DNA of 64,000 nucleotides, from assembly GCA_963761305.1 (NCBI GenBank), contig CAVXGK010000002.1:2624001-2688000 (forward strand), written 5' to 3'. Source of the stretch: an uncultured Gemmatimonadaceae bacterium (GTDB lineage Bacteria > Gemmatimonadota > Gemmatimonadetes > Gemmatimonadales > Gemmatimonadaceae). The translations under genes were made by a program, and so were the position numbers. This document shows, in pieces, positions 39,519 to 50,539 of this stretch; the stretch's first letter is position 1, and each line of letters begins with the position of its first letter. The notes beneath the pieces were generated by a model. It saw nothing but the letters and a program-made list of their open reading frames with translations. It was not told the origin of the DNA and ran no database searches.

Positions 39519-40476
39519 GCAGCCCGTCCCATTCGATGTTGCCGCCGCTCAAGACGGCGACCGTCGCGCCGTTTCCGCGCGGCCGGACTTTGCCATCGAG
39601 GAGCGCGGCGACGGTGATCGCACCGCTCGGCTCGACGACCAGCTTCATGCGGTCGAGAAGAAGACGCATCGCGCCGGGCAGCGACGAGTCGTCCACCGTG
39701 ACGACGTCGTCGAGAAAGCGCTCATGGTGCGCGAAGGTGAGCGAACCGATTTGGACGGAGAGCAAACCGTCGGCGAGGCCGCCGCTGTGCTCGATGCGCA
39801 CCGGCTTTCCCGCCTCGCGGGCGCGCGACAGCTTCGCGGCGCCAGTCGGTTCAACGCCGACGACGCGCGCATTGGGTAGCGAGAGCTTGATAGCGGCTGA
39901 AACGCCGGCGCTGAATCCGCCGCCGCCGACCGGCACGAGGACCGTGTCGACGTCCGGCATGTCGGCCGCGATTTCGAGACCGACGGTGCCCTGCCCCGCG
40001 ATGATCCACGGATGGTCGTACGGCGGCACGAGCGTGAGCCCCTCTTGGGCGACGAGCTCCTCGGCCCGCTCGAGGCGATCCTGGGTCGTGCGTCCGGCCA
40101 ATACGACCCGCGCGCCCAGCCGCTCGGCGCCGGAACGTTTGGCGGGCGTCACCGTCACCGGCATGACGACGGTCGCCGGTACGCCGTAGAGCTTCGCCGC
40201 GAGCGCGACCGCTTGCGCGTGATTTCCAGACGACGGCGCGACGACGCCGCGTTGGCGAGCCTCGGGCTCGAGGCGCGAGAGAAAGTTGTACGCGCCGCGG
40301 AACTTGAACGCGCCGCCGCGCTGGAGCGTCTCCGGTTTGATCCACACGGGGGCGCCGGCCTTCTCGGCGACGGCTTCGGCGGCGAGTACGGGCGTCCGCA
40401 CCGCCACGGGCGCGATGACCCGCGCGGCGTCGCGGATCTCTTCGAGCGTCACCAACTGCTGCGTCGTCGTGATCAC
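39502..40476 (-). CDS. PLP-dependent threonine/serine dehydratase
   Basis: QRGGAFKFRGA, SSGNHAQA, VPVGGGG, VEPSGA, SGGN. Confidence 0.92.
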   Translation of the reverse strand: MITTTQQLVTLEEIRDAARVIAPVAVRTPVLAAEAVAEKAGAPVWIKPETLQRGGAFKFRGAYNFLSRLEPEARQRGVVAPSSGNHAQAVALAAKLYGVPATVVMPVTVTPAKRSGAERLGARVVLAGRTTQDRLERAEELVAQEGLTLVPPYDHPWIIAGQGTVGLEIAADMPDVDTVLVPVGGGGFSAGVSAAIKLSLPNARVVGVEPTGAAKLSRAREAGKPVRIEHSGGLADGLLSVQIGSLTFAHHERFLDDVVTVDDSSLPGAMRLLLDRMKLVVEPSGAITVAALLDGKVRPRGNGATVAVLSGGNIEWDGLRELLG

Positions 40477-40596
40477 GTTTTGAAGAATGGGGTCGTGTAA
40501 GCTATGGATGGAGTTGTACCCCGGAAAGCACGAAGGCGTGGAACATGTCGTTCCACGCCTTCGCGAGTCTTGGAGACGCGTACCACCGGGCGGCGT

Positions 40597-43110
40597 CTAC
40601 TCTTCGTCCGAACCGCCAACCACGGCCGGGTGCTCGGAGCCCTCGCCCGGCTCCTCGTCGTCGTCCGGAACGACGCGGGCGACGTCCATGACCAAGTCGT
40701 TCTCCTCGAGGTTGACGAGGCGAACGCCTTGCGTGTTGCGCCCGGCGACGCGGATGCCCTTCACCGGCATCCGGATGGCGACGCCCTGCTTCGTGATGAG
40801 CATCAGCTCGTCGTCCGGCAAAACTTCTTTGATCGAGACGGCGTCGCCGGTCTTGTCGGTGCGGTGGACGGTGATAATTCCCTTTCCACCCCGTTTCTGG
40901 ACTCGGTATTCATCGATGGGCGAACACTTGCCCATGCCCTTTTCGGTGACGACCAGCAGGTTCGCCTCGCGCTTGATCACGACCATCCCGATGAGGCGGT
41001 CGTCCTTGCTCAACTCGATGCCCTTCACGCCGGTCGTGTCGCGCCCCATCTCGCGCGCGTCCTGCTCGTGGAAGCGGATCGACAGCCCGTGCTGCGTGGC
41101 AAGCACGATGTCGTTCGTCCCGCTTGTCACCTGCACGTCGATCAGCTCGTCCCCGGCCTCGATCTTGATCGCCTTGATGCCCACCGTGCGCGGGTTCGAG
41201 TACTGCGAGAGCGACGTCTTCTTCACTGTGCCGAGCTTGGTGGCGAAGAGGAGGAACTGATCCTCGGGGAAGTCGCGCGTGGTGACGAGTGCCGAGACCT
41301 TCGTATCAGGTGACACGTTGATCATGTTGACGATCGGCTTGCCCTTAGCGGCGCGTCCGGCCTGCGGGATCTCGTGCACCTTGAGCCAGAAGCAGCGGCC
41401 GTCGTCGGTGAAGATCAGCACATAGTCGTGCGTCGACGCCACGAACAGGTGCTCGATGAAATCCTCGTCCTTGAGCGTCGCGCCATTGTTGCCGCGTCCG
41501 CCGCGTCGCTGCCGCTTGTACGTCGACGCCGACGTGCGCTTGATGTAGCCCGAGTGCGAGATGGTGACGACCATCTCCTCTTCGGCGATGAGGTCTTCGA
41601 TGGTGAACTCGCCCTCGTCGCTGGTGATCTCGGTGCGACGCTCGTCGCCGAACTTCTTCGCGACGTCGGTGAGCTCGTCCTTGAGCACCTTCATGCGTTT
41701 GTCCTTCGAGTCGAGGAGCGCGCGCAGGTCCTTGATGAGGGCGCGCACTTCCTTGAGCTCCTCTTCGAGCTTTTCGATCTCGAGGCCGGTGAGCTTGGCG
41801 AGGCGCATGTTGAGGATCGCCTCGGCCTGCCGCTCCGTGAGCTTGAAGCGTTTCTGGAGCTGCGTGCTGGCGGCCGGCGTGTCCGACGCGGCGCGAATGA
41901 CCTTGATGACCGCGTCGATGTTGTCGACCGCGATCTTGAGGCCGTCGAGGATGTGCTCGCGCTCGAGCGCCTTGTCGAGATCGAACTGCGTGCGTCGGAC
42001 GATGACTTCGTGGCGGTGCGCGATGTAGTGCTCGAGGCATTCCTTGAGCGACATCACCTTCGGCACGAGGCTGCCCGTCGTCGCGTCGGGCACCAGCGCG
42101 AGCATGATCACGCCGAACGTCGCCTGCATCGCGGTGTGCTTGTAGAGCTGATTGAGCACCACTCGCGGGATGGCATCGCGCTTGAGCTCGATCACCAACC
42201 GCACGCCGTCACGATCCGATTCGTTTCTCAGATCGCTGATGCCCTCCAGCTTCTTGTCGCGAATCAGGTCGGCAATGTTGGCGACGAGGCGGTCCGGGTT
42301 GACCTGATACGGCACTTCGGTGATGACGATCTGCGCCTTGTTCGACGATTCCTTCTCTTCGATCACCGCGCGCGCGCGCATCACGATGCGCCCGCGTCCC
42401 GTCTCCTGATAATCCTTGATTCCCGCGCGGCCGTAGATGTACGCGCCGGTCGGGAAGTCCGGACCCTTGATGAGCTTTCTGATGTCGGCGAACGACGCGT
42501 CGGGATCGTCGATCAGCAGCGTGATCGCGTTGATGACCTCGCGCAGATTGTGCGGAGGAATGTTCGTCGCCATGCCGACGGCGATGCCCGACGATCCGTT
42601 GACGATGAGGTTCGGCACGCCCGCGGGGAGAACGGTCGGCTCTTCATCGTGGTCGTCAAAGTTCGGCGTGAAGTTGACCGTCGCCTTGTCGATGTCGGCG
42701 ACCATCTCCAACGCGATCGGCATGAGCCGCGCTTCGGTGTACCGGTACGCCGCCGGCGGATCGCCGTCGACCGATCCGAAGTTTCCCTGCCCGTCGATGA
42801 GCGGATAGCGCAGCGAGAAATCCTGCACCATGCGCACGAGCGCGTCGTACACCGAGCTGTCGCCGTGCGGGTGATACTTGCCCAGCACGTCGCCGACGAC
42901 GGTCGCGGATTTCTTGTACGGACGTCCCGGCACGAGCCCCGTGTCGAACATCGAGTACAGCACGCGCCGATGCACCGGTTTCAATCCGTCGCGCACGTCG
43001 GGCAGCGCGCGCGACACGATGACGCTCATCGAGTAGTTGATGAACGACTCTTTGATTTCGTCGTCGATCAGGCGCGGAAGAATGCGTTCGCGATTGTTCG
43101 GAGCGGTCAT
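40597..43110 (-). CDS. gyrA: DNA gyrase subunit A
   Basis: [22 protein letters not shown] (catalytic Tyr), GyrA-box QRRGGRG, C-terminal pinwheel repeats. Confidence 0.98.
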   Translation of the reverse strand: MTAPNNRERILPRLIDDEIKESFINYSMSVIVSRALPDVRDGLKPVHRRVLYSMFDTGLVPGRPYKKSATVVGDVLGKYHPHGDSSVYDALVRMVQDFSLRYPLIDGQGNFGSVDGDPPAAYRYTEARLMPIALEMVADIDKATVNFTPNFDDHDEEPTVLPAGVPNLIVNGSSGIAVGMATNIPPHNLREVINAITLLIDDPDASFADIRKLIKGPDFPTGAYIYGRAGIKDYQETGRGRIVMRARAVIEEKESSNKAQIVITEVPYQVNPDRLVANIADLIRDKKLEGISDLRNESDRDGVRLVIELKRDAIPRVVLNQLYKHTAMQATFGVIMLALVPDATTGSLVPKVMSLKECLEHYIAHRHEVIVRRTQFDLDKALEREHILDGLKIAVDNIDAVIKVIRAASDTPAASTQLQKRFKLTERQAEAILNMRLAKLTGLEIEKLEEELKEVRALIKDLRALLDSKDKRMKVLKDELTDVAKKFGDERRTEITSDEGEFTIEDLIAEEEMVVTISHSGYIKRTSASTYKRQRRGGRGNNGATLKDEDFIEHLFVASTHDYVLIFTDDGRCFWLKVHEIPQAGRAAKGKPIVNMINVSPDTKVSALVTTRDFPEDQFLLFATKLGTVKKTSLSQYSNPRTVGIKAIKIEAGDELIDVQVTSGTNDIVLATQHGLSIRFHEQDAREMGRDTTGVKGIELSKDDRLIGMVVIKREANLLVVTEKGMGKCSPIDEYRVQKRGGKGIITVHRTDKTGDAVSIKEVLPDDELMLITKQGVAIRMPVKGIRVAGRNTQGVRLVNLEENDLVMDVARVVPDDDEEPGEGSEHPAVVGGSDEE

Positions 43111-43319
43111 GGAAAACCGGGTGGCCGATAGGCGGTTTCGACCGTCGCACCGAGCGGCGACGGCGTGTTTTCAGGGGCGTTTTGCGAGACCCTGAAAGGT
43201 ACCCGAACACCCAGCGAAAATCAACGCGCGGCCTGTCTGGTAACGCCTTAACTCACAACGGGTTACAGCATCACGCGCCGAGCCACCCGAGGTCTTCCGC
43301 GCACTCCGGCGCTATCGAG

Positions 43320-44132
43320 TCAGCCCTTCGGTTCGCTCGGCGGAACTGCCTGGTTCACCTGCGGCGTTTTCCGGGCGCGCTCGGCCGCTTCCTCGGCGCG
43401 AATCTCGGCTTCGCCTTCGGCGTTCTCTTCGCGCTCGCGCTCGATCGCTTCCGCACGCTCGCGACGATATCGGTTGTACCACTCGCGCGTGATCTCCGCG
43501 GCGAGGTCGCGATTGCCGAGTCCGAATGCGAGAGCGAGCGCGAATGCGATCGCGCCGAACAAAATCGCGAATGCCGTGGTGACGATGTCCGTGGCGATGC
43601 CGAGCTGCTGCAGCGCCATGAAGATCGCGAGCACGATCACGCCGCCGCGGCCCAGTCGGGCGAGCGCTCGCCCGCCGTGCACCGCGCCTGCCGACGCCGC
43701 GATCAAGCCGCCGACGAATCCGCCGAGCACGATGCCGACGAGGATGATCACGATCGCGGCGATCACGCTCGGGATGTAGCTCACGAGCGTCGACACCACG
43801 TTCGCCAGCGAATCGAGTCCGAGCGCGTTCGCGGCGAGCAGGATCACCGTGAACATCACGAGCCAGAACACGAGATTCGCTAGCACGCGCACGGGATTCA
43901 CGTGCGTACCCGACCGCTCGACGGCCTGGATCACGCCGCCGCGCACGAGCATTTGGTTGAGACGAATCTTGCGCAGGCCCTTCTCGACGGCCTTCTCCAA
44001 CAGCTTCGCCAGCAAATAGCCGGCGAACAGAATGACCAACGCGCCGAGCATCGCGGGCAACGTCCGCCCGAGAAGGTCGGTCACGGCGCCGTGGAGACGG
44101 TCGCCGAGGTTCGAGGTGTCTGGCTGTTGCAT
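43320..44132 (-). CDS. CmpX-like / MscS TM-helix-repeat membrane protein
   Basis: YIPSVIAAIVI; LALAFGLG; GGAGG RBS. Confidence 0.8.
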   Translation of the reverse strand: MQQPDTSNLGDRLHGAVTDLLGRTLPAMLGALVILFAGYLLAKLLEKAVEKGLRKIRLNQMLVRGGVIQAVERSGTHVNPVRVLANLVFWLVMFTVILLAANALGLDSLANVVSTLVSYIPSVIAAIVIILVGIVLGGFVGGLIAASAGAVHGGRALARLGRGGVIVLAIFMALQQLGIATDIVTTAFAILFGAIAFALALAFGLGNRDLAAEITREWYNRYRRERAEAIEREREENAEGEAEIRAEEAAERARKTPQVNQAVPPSEPKG

Positions 44133-44245
44133 GTAGGGCCGCCTCCAATCTACCGGGACCGGACTCGGGCGTCACGCAATCGGGGAGACAGCTGGGCGGC
44201 TAGGCGGCTGCATAGAATACGACGACCGCCTGTCGACGGCAGCGC

Positions 44246-44473
44246 TCAGTTTCGCGTTCCGCGCTTCACGTCGAATAGCACGCTGCGCCGGCATTCCGGG
44301 CAGATCAGCCACTCGCGGTTTCGGGCGTACCCCAGGCCGAAGGACCCGCCGCCGATCTTGCGCGTCGTCATGGTAGCGCCGTCTCGAGGACAGACGAGCG
44401 GTTCGCCGGCGGCAAAGCGCGCGCGGAGTCCGCGTTCCTCGTCGGGGTCGTACCGCGCCGACGCGTCGGTCAC
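44246..44473 (-). CDS. small zinc-ribbon protein
   Basis: GTGA-coupled start; CPRD...CPEC; 75 aa. Confidence 0.7.
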   Translation of the reverse strand: MTDASARYDPDEERGLRARFAAGEPLVCPRDGATMTTRKIGGGSFGLGYARNREWLICPECRRSVLFDVKRGTRN

Positions 44474-45507
44474 GAGACGCGGACCACGACCTTGCCGAAG
44501 CGCGCCGGATCGGCCTGCCGCTCGAACGCGGCGCGTCCCTGCTCGAGCGGAAACTCGCTGTCGATCACCGGCAGCAGCCGCCCGGCGCGCAACTCGCCGA
44601 CGACCGCGTCGAACTCGGCGTCGTTCCCCATCGTCGATCCGAGAATCGACCACTGATTCCAGAACAATCGGCGGACGTCGGTCTCGACGATCGGGCCGGA
44701 TGTCGCGCCGCACGTGACGAGGCGGCCCCGCCGTCCGAGCGCGACGAGCGACGAGCTCCACGACGCCTTGCCGACGTTGTCGATCACGACCTCCACGCCG
44801 CGCTTCGCCGTGCGGTCGCGGACCACTTTGCCGACGTCGAGGCGTTCGTGGTTGAGCAGCTCGTCGGCGCCGAGGCCCGCCGCGCGCTCCAGCTTGTCGT
44901 CGCTCGACGACACGGCCCACACCCGAGCCCCGATCTGCTTGCAGAGCTGCAGGGCCGCGAGCGCGACGCCGCCGCTGATGCCCCAGATCAACACGTTCTC
45001 GCCCGACTGCACGCGTGCGCGCGTCACGACCATGCGCCACGCCGTGAGCGCCGCCAGGACGAACGCGCCGGCGTGCGGCGGCGAGATCGTCGGTGGCACG
45101 GTTCGGACGTTGGCCTCGGGAACGACGACGAGTTCGGCGAGCGTGCCGGGATGATGTTCGCCAAGCAAGCCGAACCGCGGGCAGAGCGGCTGCTCGCCTT
45201 CGCGACAGTACTCGCATGTGCGATCGCTCAACCCCGCGTTCACGACCACGTGATCGCCCGGAATGACCGACTTGACCTCGTCGCCGACCGACTCGACGAC
45301 GCCGTACGCGTCGGCGCCCAGGATCCATGGCGGCTTGATCGTCACACCGGGCAGCCCGGCGACCACGAAGAGATCGAGATGGTTGAGCGCGGCCGTGCGC
45401 ACGCGAATCCGCACGTCGGTCGGCGTTCGAATCTCGGGCGCGGCGACGTCGTCGCGCACCTCGAGTCGATCGAGCCCACCGTGTGCCGAGATCGTGAGTG
45501 CGCGCAT
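44470..45507 (-). CDS. zinc-binding dehydrogenase / quinone oxidoreductase (MDR family)
   Basis: LNHLD, CEYC..C, GISGGVA, CGATSG, FGKVV. Confidence 0.9.
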   Translation of the reverse strand: MRALTISAHGGLDRLEVRDDVAAPEIRTPTDVRIRVRTAALNHLDLFVVAGLPGVTIKPPWILGADAYGVVESVGDEVKSVIPGDHVVVNAGLSDRTCEYCREGEQPLCPRFGLLGEHHPGTLAELVVVPEANVRTVPPTISPPHAGAFVLAALTAWRMVVTRARVQSGENVLIWGISGGVALAALQLCKQIGARVWAVSSSDDKLERAAGLGADELLNHERLDVGKVVRDRTAKRGVEVVIDNVGKASWSSSLVALGRRGRLVTCGATSGPIVETDVRRLFWNQWSILGSTMGNDAEFDAVVGELRAGRLLPVIDSEFPLEQGRAAFERQADPARFGKVVVRVS

Positions 45508-45575
45508 AGTGGTTTGTTGGACGGCGTTATATTCAAGCCGTCCGTCAAGTTAGTCCACCGTCCCGTGCGCACTGC

Positions 45576-46883
45576 ATGACCGCCATCAAAGTTCCCCCGC
45601 TTGGTGAATCGATCACCGAAGCGACTGTATCGCGCTGGTTGAAAAACGAGGGCGATTCGGTCGCGGTCGGGGAGACGCTCGTCGAACTCGACACGGACAA
45701 GATTACGGTCGAAGTTCCAGCGATGATGGCCGGCGTGCTGACGAAGCGAGCCCACGCCGAAGGCGACGTCGTGAAGGTGGACGACCTCCTCGCCGAGGTG
45801 GATGAGAACGCCGCTCCGACCGCGGGAGCAGCGCCAACTGCCGCTTCGCCGACGAAAGCGCCCACCCCGCCGCCCGCTCCGGCTCCAAGCGCTCCCGCCC
45901 AAAAGGCGGCGCCACCGAGTCCGGCGTCACCGCCGCCGCCTCCGCGTGCCGAGGACGTCCGCGTTTCGCCAGCGGCGCAACGCGTTGCCGCGGAGCGCGG
46001 GATCGACGTCGGGACGGTTCAGGGCACGGGGCGCGGTGGCGTGGTCAGCAAGCCGGACGTGATCGCCCGCGCCGAGCAACCGCCGCCGGCCACGCCGCGA
46101 CAGCAGCCGGTGCAGCAGCCGCAGGTAAACGTCATTCGGCCGATGGCGCCGAGCGCTGTCACGCCGACCGACGGGCGCGCGGCCGGTCAGCGTGAGACGC
46201 GCGAGAAGATGACGACGCGCCGCAAGCGCATCGCCGAGAATCTGCTCGAGTCGCAACACGCGACGGCGCACCTGACGACGTTCAACGAGATCGACATGTC
46301 GGCCGTGATCGGCGTGCGCGAGCGGCTCAAGGAGCGCGTCGAGAAGGAGCACGGCGTCAAGCTCTCGTTCATGCCGTTCTTCGTGAAGGCAGCGTGCATC
46401 GCGCTCGAACAGTTCCCGACCGTGAACGCGCTGGTGGACGGCGACACGATCGTCTATCGCCACTACGTGAACATGGGGATCGCCGTCGCGGTCGACTCGG
46501 GGCTCGTCGTGCCGAACATCAAGGACGCCGATCGCAGAACCATGATCGAGGTATCGCGCGAGATCGGCGAGCTGGCGAAGCGCGCGCGCGACACGAAGCT
46601 CACGATGGACGACCTCACCGGCGGCACGTTCACGATCACCAATGGCGGCGTGTTCGGCTCGCTCGTCTCGACGCCGATCATCAACTATCCGCAGGTGGCG
46701 ATTCTCGGTCTCCACAAAACGCAGGATCGCCCCGTGGCGATCGCCGGCAAGGTCGAGATCCGGCCGATGATGTACGTCGCGCTCTCGTACGACCACCGGA
46801 TCATCGACGGACAGCACGCGGTGCTGTTCCTCGTGCGCGTGAAGGAGCTGATGGAAGATCCGGCTTCGATGCTCGTGGGCTGA
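45576..46883 (+). CDS. sucB: 2-oxoglutarate dehydrogenase E2, dihydrolipoyllysine succinyltransferase
   Basis: GESITEATV, lipoyl [32 protein letters not shown]. Confidence 0.94.
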   Translation: MTAIKVPPLGESITEATVSRWLKNEGDSVAVGETLVELDTDKITVEVPAMMAGVLTKRAHAEGDVVKVDDLLAEVDENAAPTAGAAPTAASPTKAPTPPPAPAPSAPAQKAAPPSPASPPPPPRAEDVRVSPAAQRVAAERGIDVGTVQGTGRGGVVSKPDVIARAEQPPPATPRQQPVQQPQVNVIRPMAPSAVTPTDGRAAGQRETREKMTTRRKRIAENLLESQHATAHLTTFNEIDMSAVIGVRERLKERVEKEHGVKLSFMPFFVKAACIALEQFPTVNALVDGDTIVYRHYVNMGIAVAVDSGLVVPNIKDADRRTMIEVSREIGELAKRARDTKLTMDDLTGGTFTITNGGVFGSLVSTPIINYPQVAILGLHKTQDRPVAIAGKVEIRPMMYVALSYDHRIIDGQHAVLFLVRVKELMEDPASMLVG

Positions 46884-46906
46884 GCACAATGGGAGCGTCA
46901 TCGAAC

Positions 46907-48340
46907 ATGACTGCGGCCGGCACGACGCCCGCGGATGTCGTCATCATCGGTGGCGGTCCCGGCGGCTACACCGCCGCGATTCGCGCCGCCCAGCTTGGGC
47001 TCTCCACCGTCTGCGTCGAGATGGACAAGACGCTCGGCGGAACGTGCGTGAACGTCGGGTGCATTCCGTCGAAGGCGCTGCTCACGTCGACGGAGCACTA
47101 CGATTTCATGAAGCACGCCGCGGCGGCGCATGGGATCGGCGTCGGTGACCTGACGCTCGATCTCCCGACGATGCTCGGCCGCAAGGACGAGGTCGTGCGG
47201 CAGAACACGCGCGGCATCGAATTCCTGTTCCGGAAGAACAAGATCACCTGGGCGAAAGGGCGCGGCGTGCTGCGGCCGGGGAATCTGGTGGAGGTCGAAG
47301 CGGTCGGCGGAGCGGGGGGCCCCCCCGCTGAAAAAATCGCCGAGTATCAGGCGAAGAGCGTCATCATTGCGACCGGCTCCGTACCAATCGAGCTCCCGTT
47401 CCTGAAATTCGACGAGACGCGGATCCTCTCGAACGTCGGCGCCCTCATCATCCCCAAGGTCCCCGAGCACCTCATCGTCGTCGGCGGCGGCGTGATCGGA
47501 CTCGAGCTCGGCTCCGTCTGGCGCCGGCTCGGCGCAAAGGTCACCGTCGTCGAGCTCATGCCGACGATTCTGCCCGGCATGGACGACGACGTGATCAAGG
47601 AAGCCGACCGCGTCCTGCGCAAACAGGGCCTCGACATCCGCACGAACACGAAGGTCGTGAACGGCGGCCTCACCGACGCCGGTGTGTTCATCGAGATTGA
47701 GCGCGACGGAGCGCGCGAGCGCATCGAGGGCGATCACGTGCTCGTCTCCGTCGGCCGCCGACCGTCGACGAACGGAATCGACGCCAAGGCGCTGGGCCTC
47801 GAGATCGGCAAACGCGGCGAGATTCTCGTCGACGATCAGATGCGAACAAACCTGCCCAACGTTTACGCGATCGGCGACTGCGTGCCGGGGCTGATGCTCG
47901 CCCACAAGGCCGAGCACGAGGGCGTCGTCGCGGCGGAAGTCATCGCCGGACAGCCGTCTCACATGCACTACAAGGCGATTCCCAACGTGGTCTACACGTG
48001 GCCCGAGATCGCCGCCGTCGGCCTCACCGAACGCCAGGTCAAAGAGAGCGGCCGTGAGTACCGCACCGGCAAGTTCCCCTTCTCCGCCAACGGCCGAGCG
48101 CGGTCGATGGGCGAGTCTAACGGATTTGTAAAGTTCGTGGCTGACGCCAAGACCGACGAGCTGCTCGGCGCGCACATGGTGGGACCAAACGTCTCCGAGC
48201 TCATCGGCGAGGTGGTTCTGGGCTTCGAGTACCGGGCGTCGTCGGAAGACATCGGCGTCACGATGCACGCCCATCCAACCCTTTCCGAGGTCACGAAGGA
48301 AGCGGCGCTTGCGACGCTGGGGCGCGCGTTGCAGATCTGA
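46907..48340 (+). CDS. lpdA: dihydrolipoyl dehydrogenase
   Basis: GGGPGGY, GGTCVNVGCIPSK, MLAHKA, HAHPTLSE. Confidence 0.97.
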   Translation: MTAAGTTPADVVIIGGGPGGYTAAIRAAQLGLSTVCVEMDKTLGGTCVNVGCIPSKALLTSTEHYDFMKHAAAAHGIGVGDLTLDLPTMLGRKDEVVRQNTRGIEFLFRKNKITWAKGRGVLRPGNLVEVEAVGGAGGPPAEKIAEYQAKSVIIATGSVPIELPFLKFDETRILSNVGALIIPKVPEHLIVVGGGVIGLELGSVWRRLGAKVTVVELMPTILPGMDDDVIKEADRVLRKQGLDIRTNTKVVNGGLTDAGVFIEIERDGARERIEGDHVLVSVGRRPSTNGIDAKALGLEIGKRGEILVDDQMRTNLPNVYAIGDCVPGLMLAHKAEHEGVVAAEVIAGQPSHMHYKAIPNVVYTWPEIAAVGLTERQVKESGREYRTGKFPFSANGRARSMGESNGFVKFVADAKTDELLGAHMVGPNVSELIGEVVLGFEYRASSEDIGVTMHAHPTLSEVTKEAALATLGRALQI

Positions 48341-48344
48341 GGTT

Positions 48345-48827
48345 GTGACCGGCTACTTCGCGCTCGCTCCGCGCCCGCTGCAACCCGAGGACTCGCAGGG
48401 CACTCGGAACCTGCTCATGGGGGCGCTCGGCGTCACGCCGTACATCGACCGGGCCATCGAGGTTCTCGCGCTCGCCGAGCGCGGACACGACCCGGAGCAC
48501 AAGGCGCTCGTCATCGCTCGCGACGGAACGGTCGCCGGACTCGCGCTCTTCGGTCCGATCGCCGGCACCGCGCACGGAATGCGGTTGCACGTCGCCGTAC
48601 TGGCGCCCGGCGTGGACGCCGAGGACGTGGGCGACCGGCTGTTGAGCGCCGTCGCCGACGCGGCACGCGCCGACGGTGCGACGTACTTGCTCGCCGAGCT
48701 CCCCGACGATCCCGCGCTCGGAACCGTCGTGTCGCTGCTCAAGCACCACGGCTTCAAGCAGGAAGCACGCATCCCCGATTTCTATCGCGACGGCGTCGCG
48801 CTGACGTTGTCCCGCCTGGCGCTGTGA
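48345..48827 (+). CDS. GNAT-family acetyltransferase-like protein
   Basis: VGDRLLSAV..A; HGFKQEARIPDFY. Confidence 0.65.
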   Translation: MTGYFALAPRPLQPEDSQGTRNLLMGALGVTPYIDRAIEVLALAERGHDPEHKALVIARDGTVAGLALFGPIAGTAHGMRLHVAVLAPGVDAEDVGDRLLSAVADAARADGATYLLAELPDDPALGTVVSLLKHHGFKQEARIPDFYRDGVALTLSRLAL

Positions 48828-50539
48828 CTCTCCAAACGAAAATGAGATCGATCATAATCTCCGTCGCCGCGATGGCGACCCTGTCGGCGTGCACCCATCC
48901 GACCACGAATCCCGCTCCGGCATCCGTCGAACGATTCGACGTCGTCATCGAGAACGGACGAATCGTCGACGGCACGGGTGCCGCGTGGTTCTACGGCGAC
49001 GTCGGGATTCGCGGCGACCGCATCGCCGCCGTGACGCCGCGCGGGCTTCTGCACGGCGCACCGGCCACGGCGCGCGTCGACGCGCGCAACATGGTCGTCG
49101 CCCCGGGCTTCATCGACATCCAGGATCAATCGGGCGGACAATTATTGCTCGGAGACGGGCGGCAGCTCGGCAAGATCACGCAGGGCGTGACGACGGGAAT
49201 CCTCGGCGAAGGTTCGACGCCCGCGCCGCTCAATCCGGCGAACCTGCCTCCCGACGCGAGCGAGCTGTTGCGCCGCTTCGCGCAGCCGCACGGCTTCGAC
49301 GCGTGGCTCAGCGCGATGCAGGCGCACGGCATCTCGCAGAACGTCGGGTCGTTCATCGGCGCCGGCACGATTCGCCAGTACGGCATGGCCGAGCGCATGG
49401 GCGCCGCGACCGGCGCCGCGCTCGATTCGATGCGCGCCGCCGTGCGTCGCGGCATGGAGGACGGCGCGTTCGGTCTCGCCAGCGCGCTGATCTATCCGCC
49501 CAACACGTACGCGTCGACCGAAGAGCTGGTCGAAGAGTCGAAAGCGATGGCGCCGTACGGCGGCGTCTACATCACGCACATGCGGTCGGAAGCGGATCAT
49601 CTGCTCGAAGCAGTCGACGAGGTCGTTCGCATCTCGCGCGAGGGCGGTGTCCCCGGCGAGATCTACCACCTCAAAGCGGCCGGCACGCGGAATTGGAGCA
49701 AGGAAGCGCCGATGATCGCCAAGATCGACTCGGCGCGCGCCGCCGGCGTCGACGTGCAGGCGGACATGTATCCCTACACCGCCGGCGCCACCGGACTCAC
49801 ATCGTGTCTTCCGCCCCCGTTCTCCGCCGAGGGCAAGCTCTACGAGAACCTCGCCAGCCAGGACATTCGCGTGAAGATCCGCGAAGAGGTCGCCCACCCG
49901 ACGAGCGATTGGGAGAACCTGTGCGAGCTCGCGACGCCTGAGAACGTTCTGATCACGAATCTCAGAAAGCCTGAGAATCAGCCGTACATCGGCAAGCGGC
50001 TGGCGGAGATCGCGCGGATGAAGAACGAGACCTATCTCGACGCCGCGATGGATTTGATCCTGAGCGAGCACAATCGCGTCGAGACGACGTACTTCCTCAT
50101 GAGCGAGGACAACGTCAAGCTGCAGCTGCGGCAGCCGTGGATGAAGTTCGGCACGGACGCCGGCGGACCGGATCCCGACAGCGTGCGCGCGCTCGTCCAT
50201 CCGCGCACGTTCGGCAACTATCCGCGCATCCTCGGCCTCTACGTGCGTGACGAGAAAGTGATCCCGCTCGAGGACGCGATTCGCAAAATGACGTCCGCGG
50301 TGGCGACGCGGCTCTCGATCCCCGATCGCGGTTTGCTGAAGCCCGGGATGTACGCCGACGTCGTCGTGTTCGATCCGGCGACGATCGCCGATCGCGCCAC
50401 GTACGAACAGCCGAAGCAGCTTTCGGTCGGCGTGCGCGACGTATGGGTGAACGGCGTCCAGGTATTGCGCGATGGAAAGCACACAGGCGCCACGCCCGGG
50501 CGCGCGTTGCGCGGCCCGGGCTACCGGACGGCGCGCTAG
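48824..50539 (+). CDS. N-acyl-D-amino-acid deacylase family amidohydrolase (lipoprotein)
   Basis: GRIVDGTG, APGFID, THMRSE, YHLK, YPYTAG, HPRTFG; lipobox LSAC; start 48824 or 48842. Confidence 0.88.
   Translation: MTLQTKMRSIIISVAAMATLSACTHPTTNPAPASVERFDVVIENGRIVDGTGAAWFYGDVGIRGDRIAAVTPRGLLHGAPATARVDARNMVVAPGFIDIQDQSGGQLLLGDGRQLGKITQGVTTGILGEGSTPAPLNPANLPPDASELLRRFAQPHGFDAWLSAMQAHGISQNVGSFIGAGTIRQYGMAERMGAATGAALDSMRAAVRRGMEDGAFGLASALIYPPNTYASTEELVEESKAMAPYGGVYITHMRSEADHLLEAVDEVVRISREGGVPGEIYHLKAAGTRNWSKEAPMIAKIDSARAAGVDVQADMYPYTAGATGLTSCLPPPFSAEGKLYENLASQDIRVKIREEVAHPTSDWENLCELATPENVLITNLRKPENQPYIGKRLAEIARMKNETYLDAAMDLILSEHNRVETTYFLMSEDNVKLQLRQPWMKFGTDAGGPDPDSVRALVHPRTFGNYPRILGLYVRDEKVIPLEDAIRKMTSAVATRLSIPDRGLLKPGMYADVVVFDPATIADRATYEQPKQLSVGVRDVWVNGVQVLRDGKHTGATPGRALRGPGYRTAR

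Noticed and set aside
45576..48340. sucB-lpdA without sucA
   Set aside because: Split ODH loci are common; sucA is probably elsewhere in the genome
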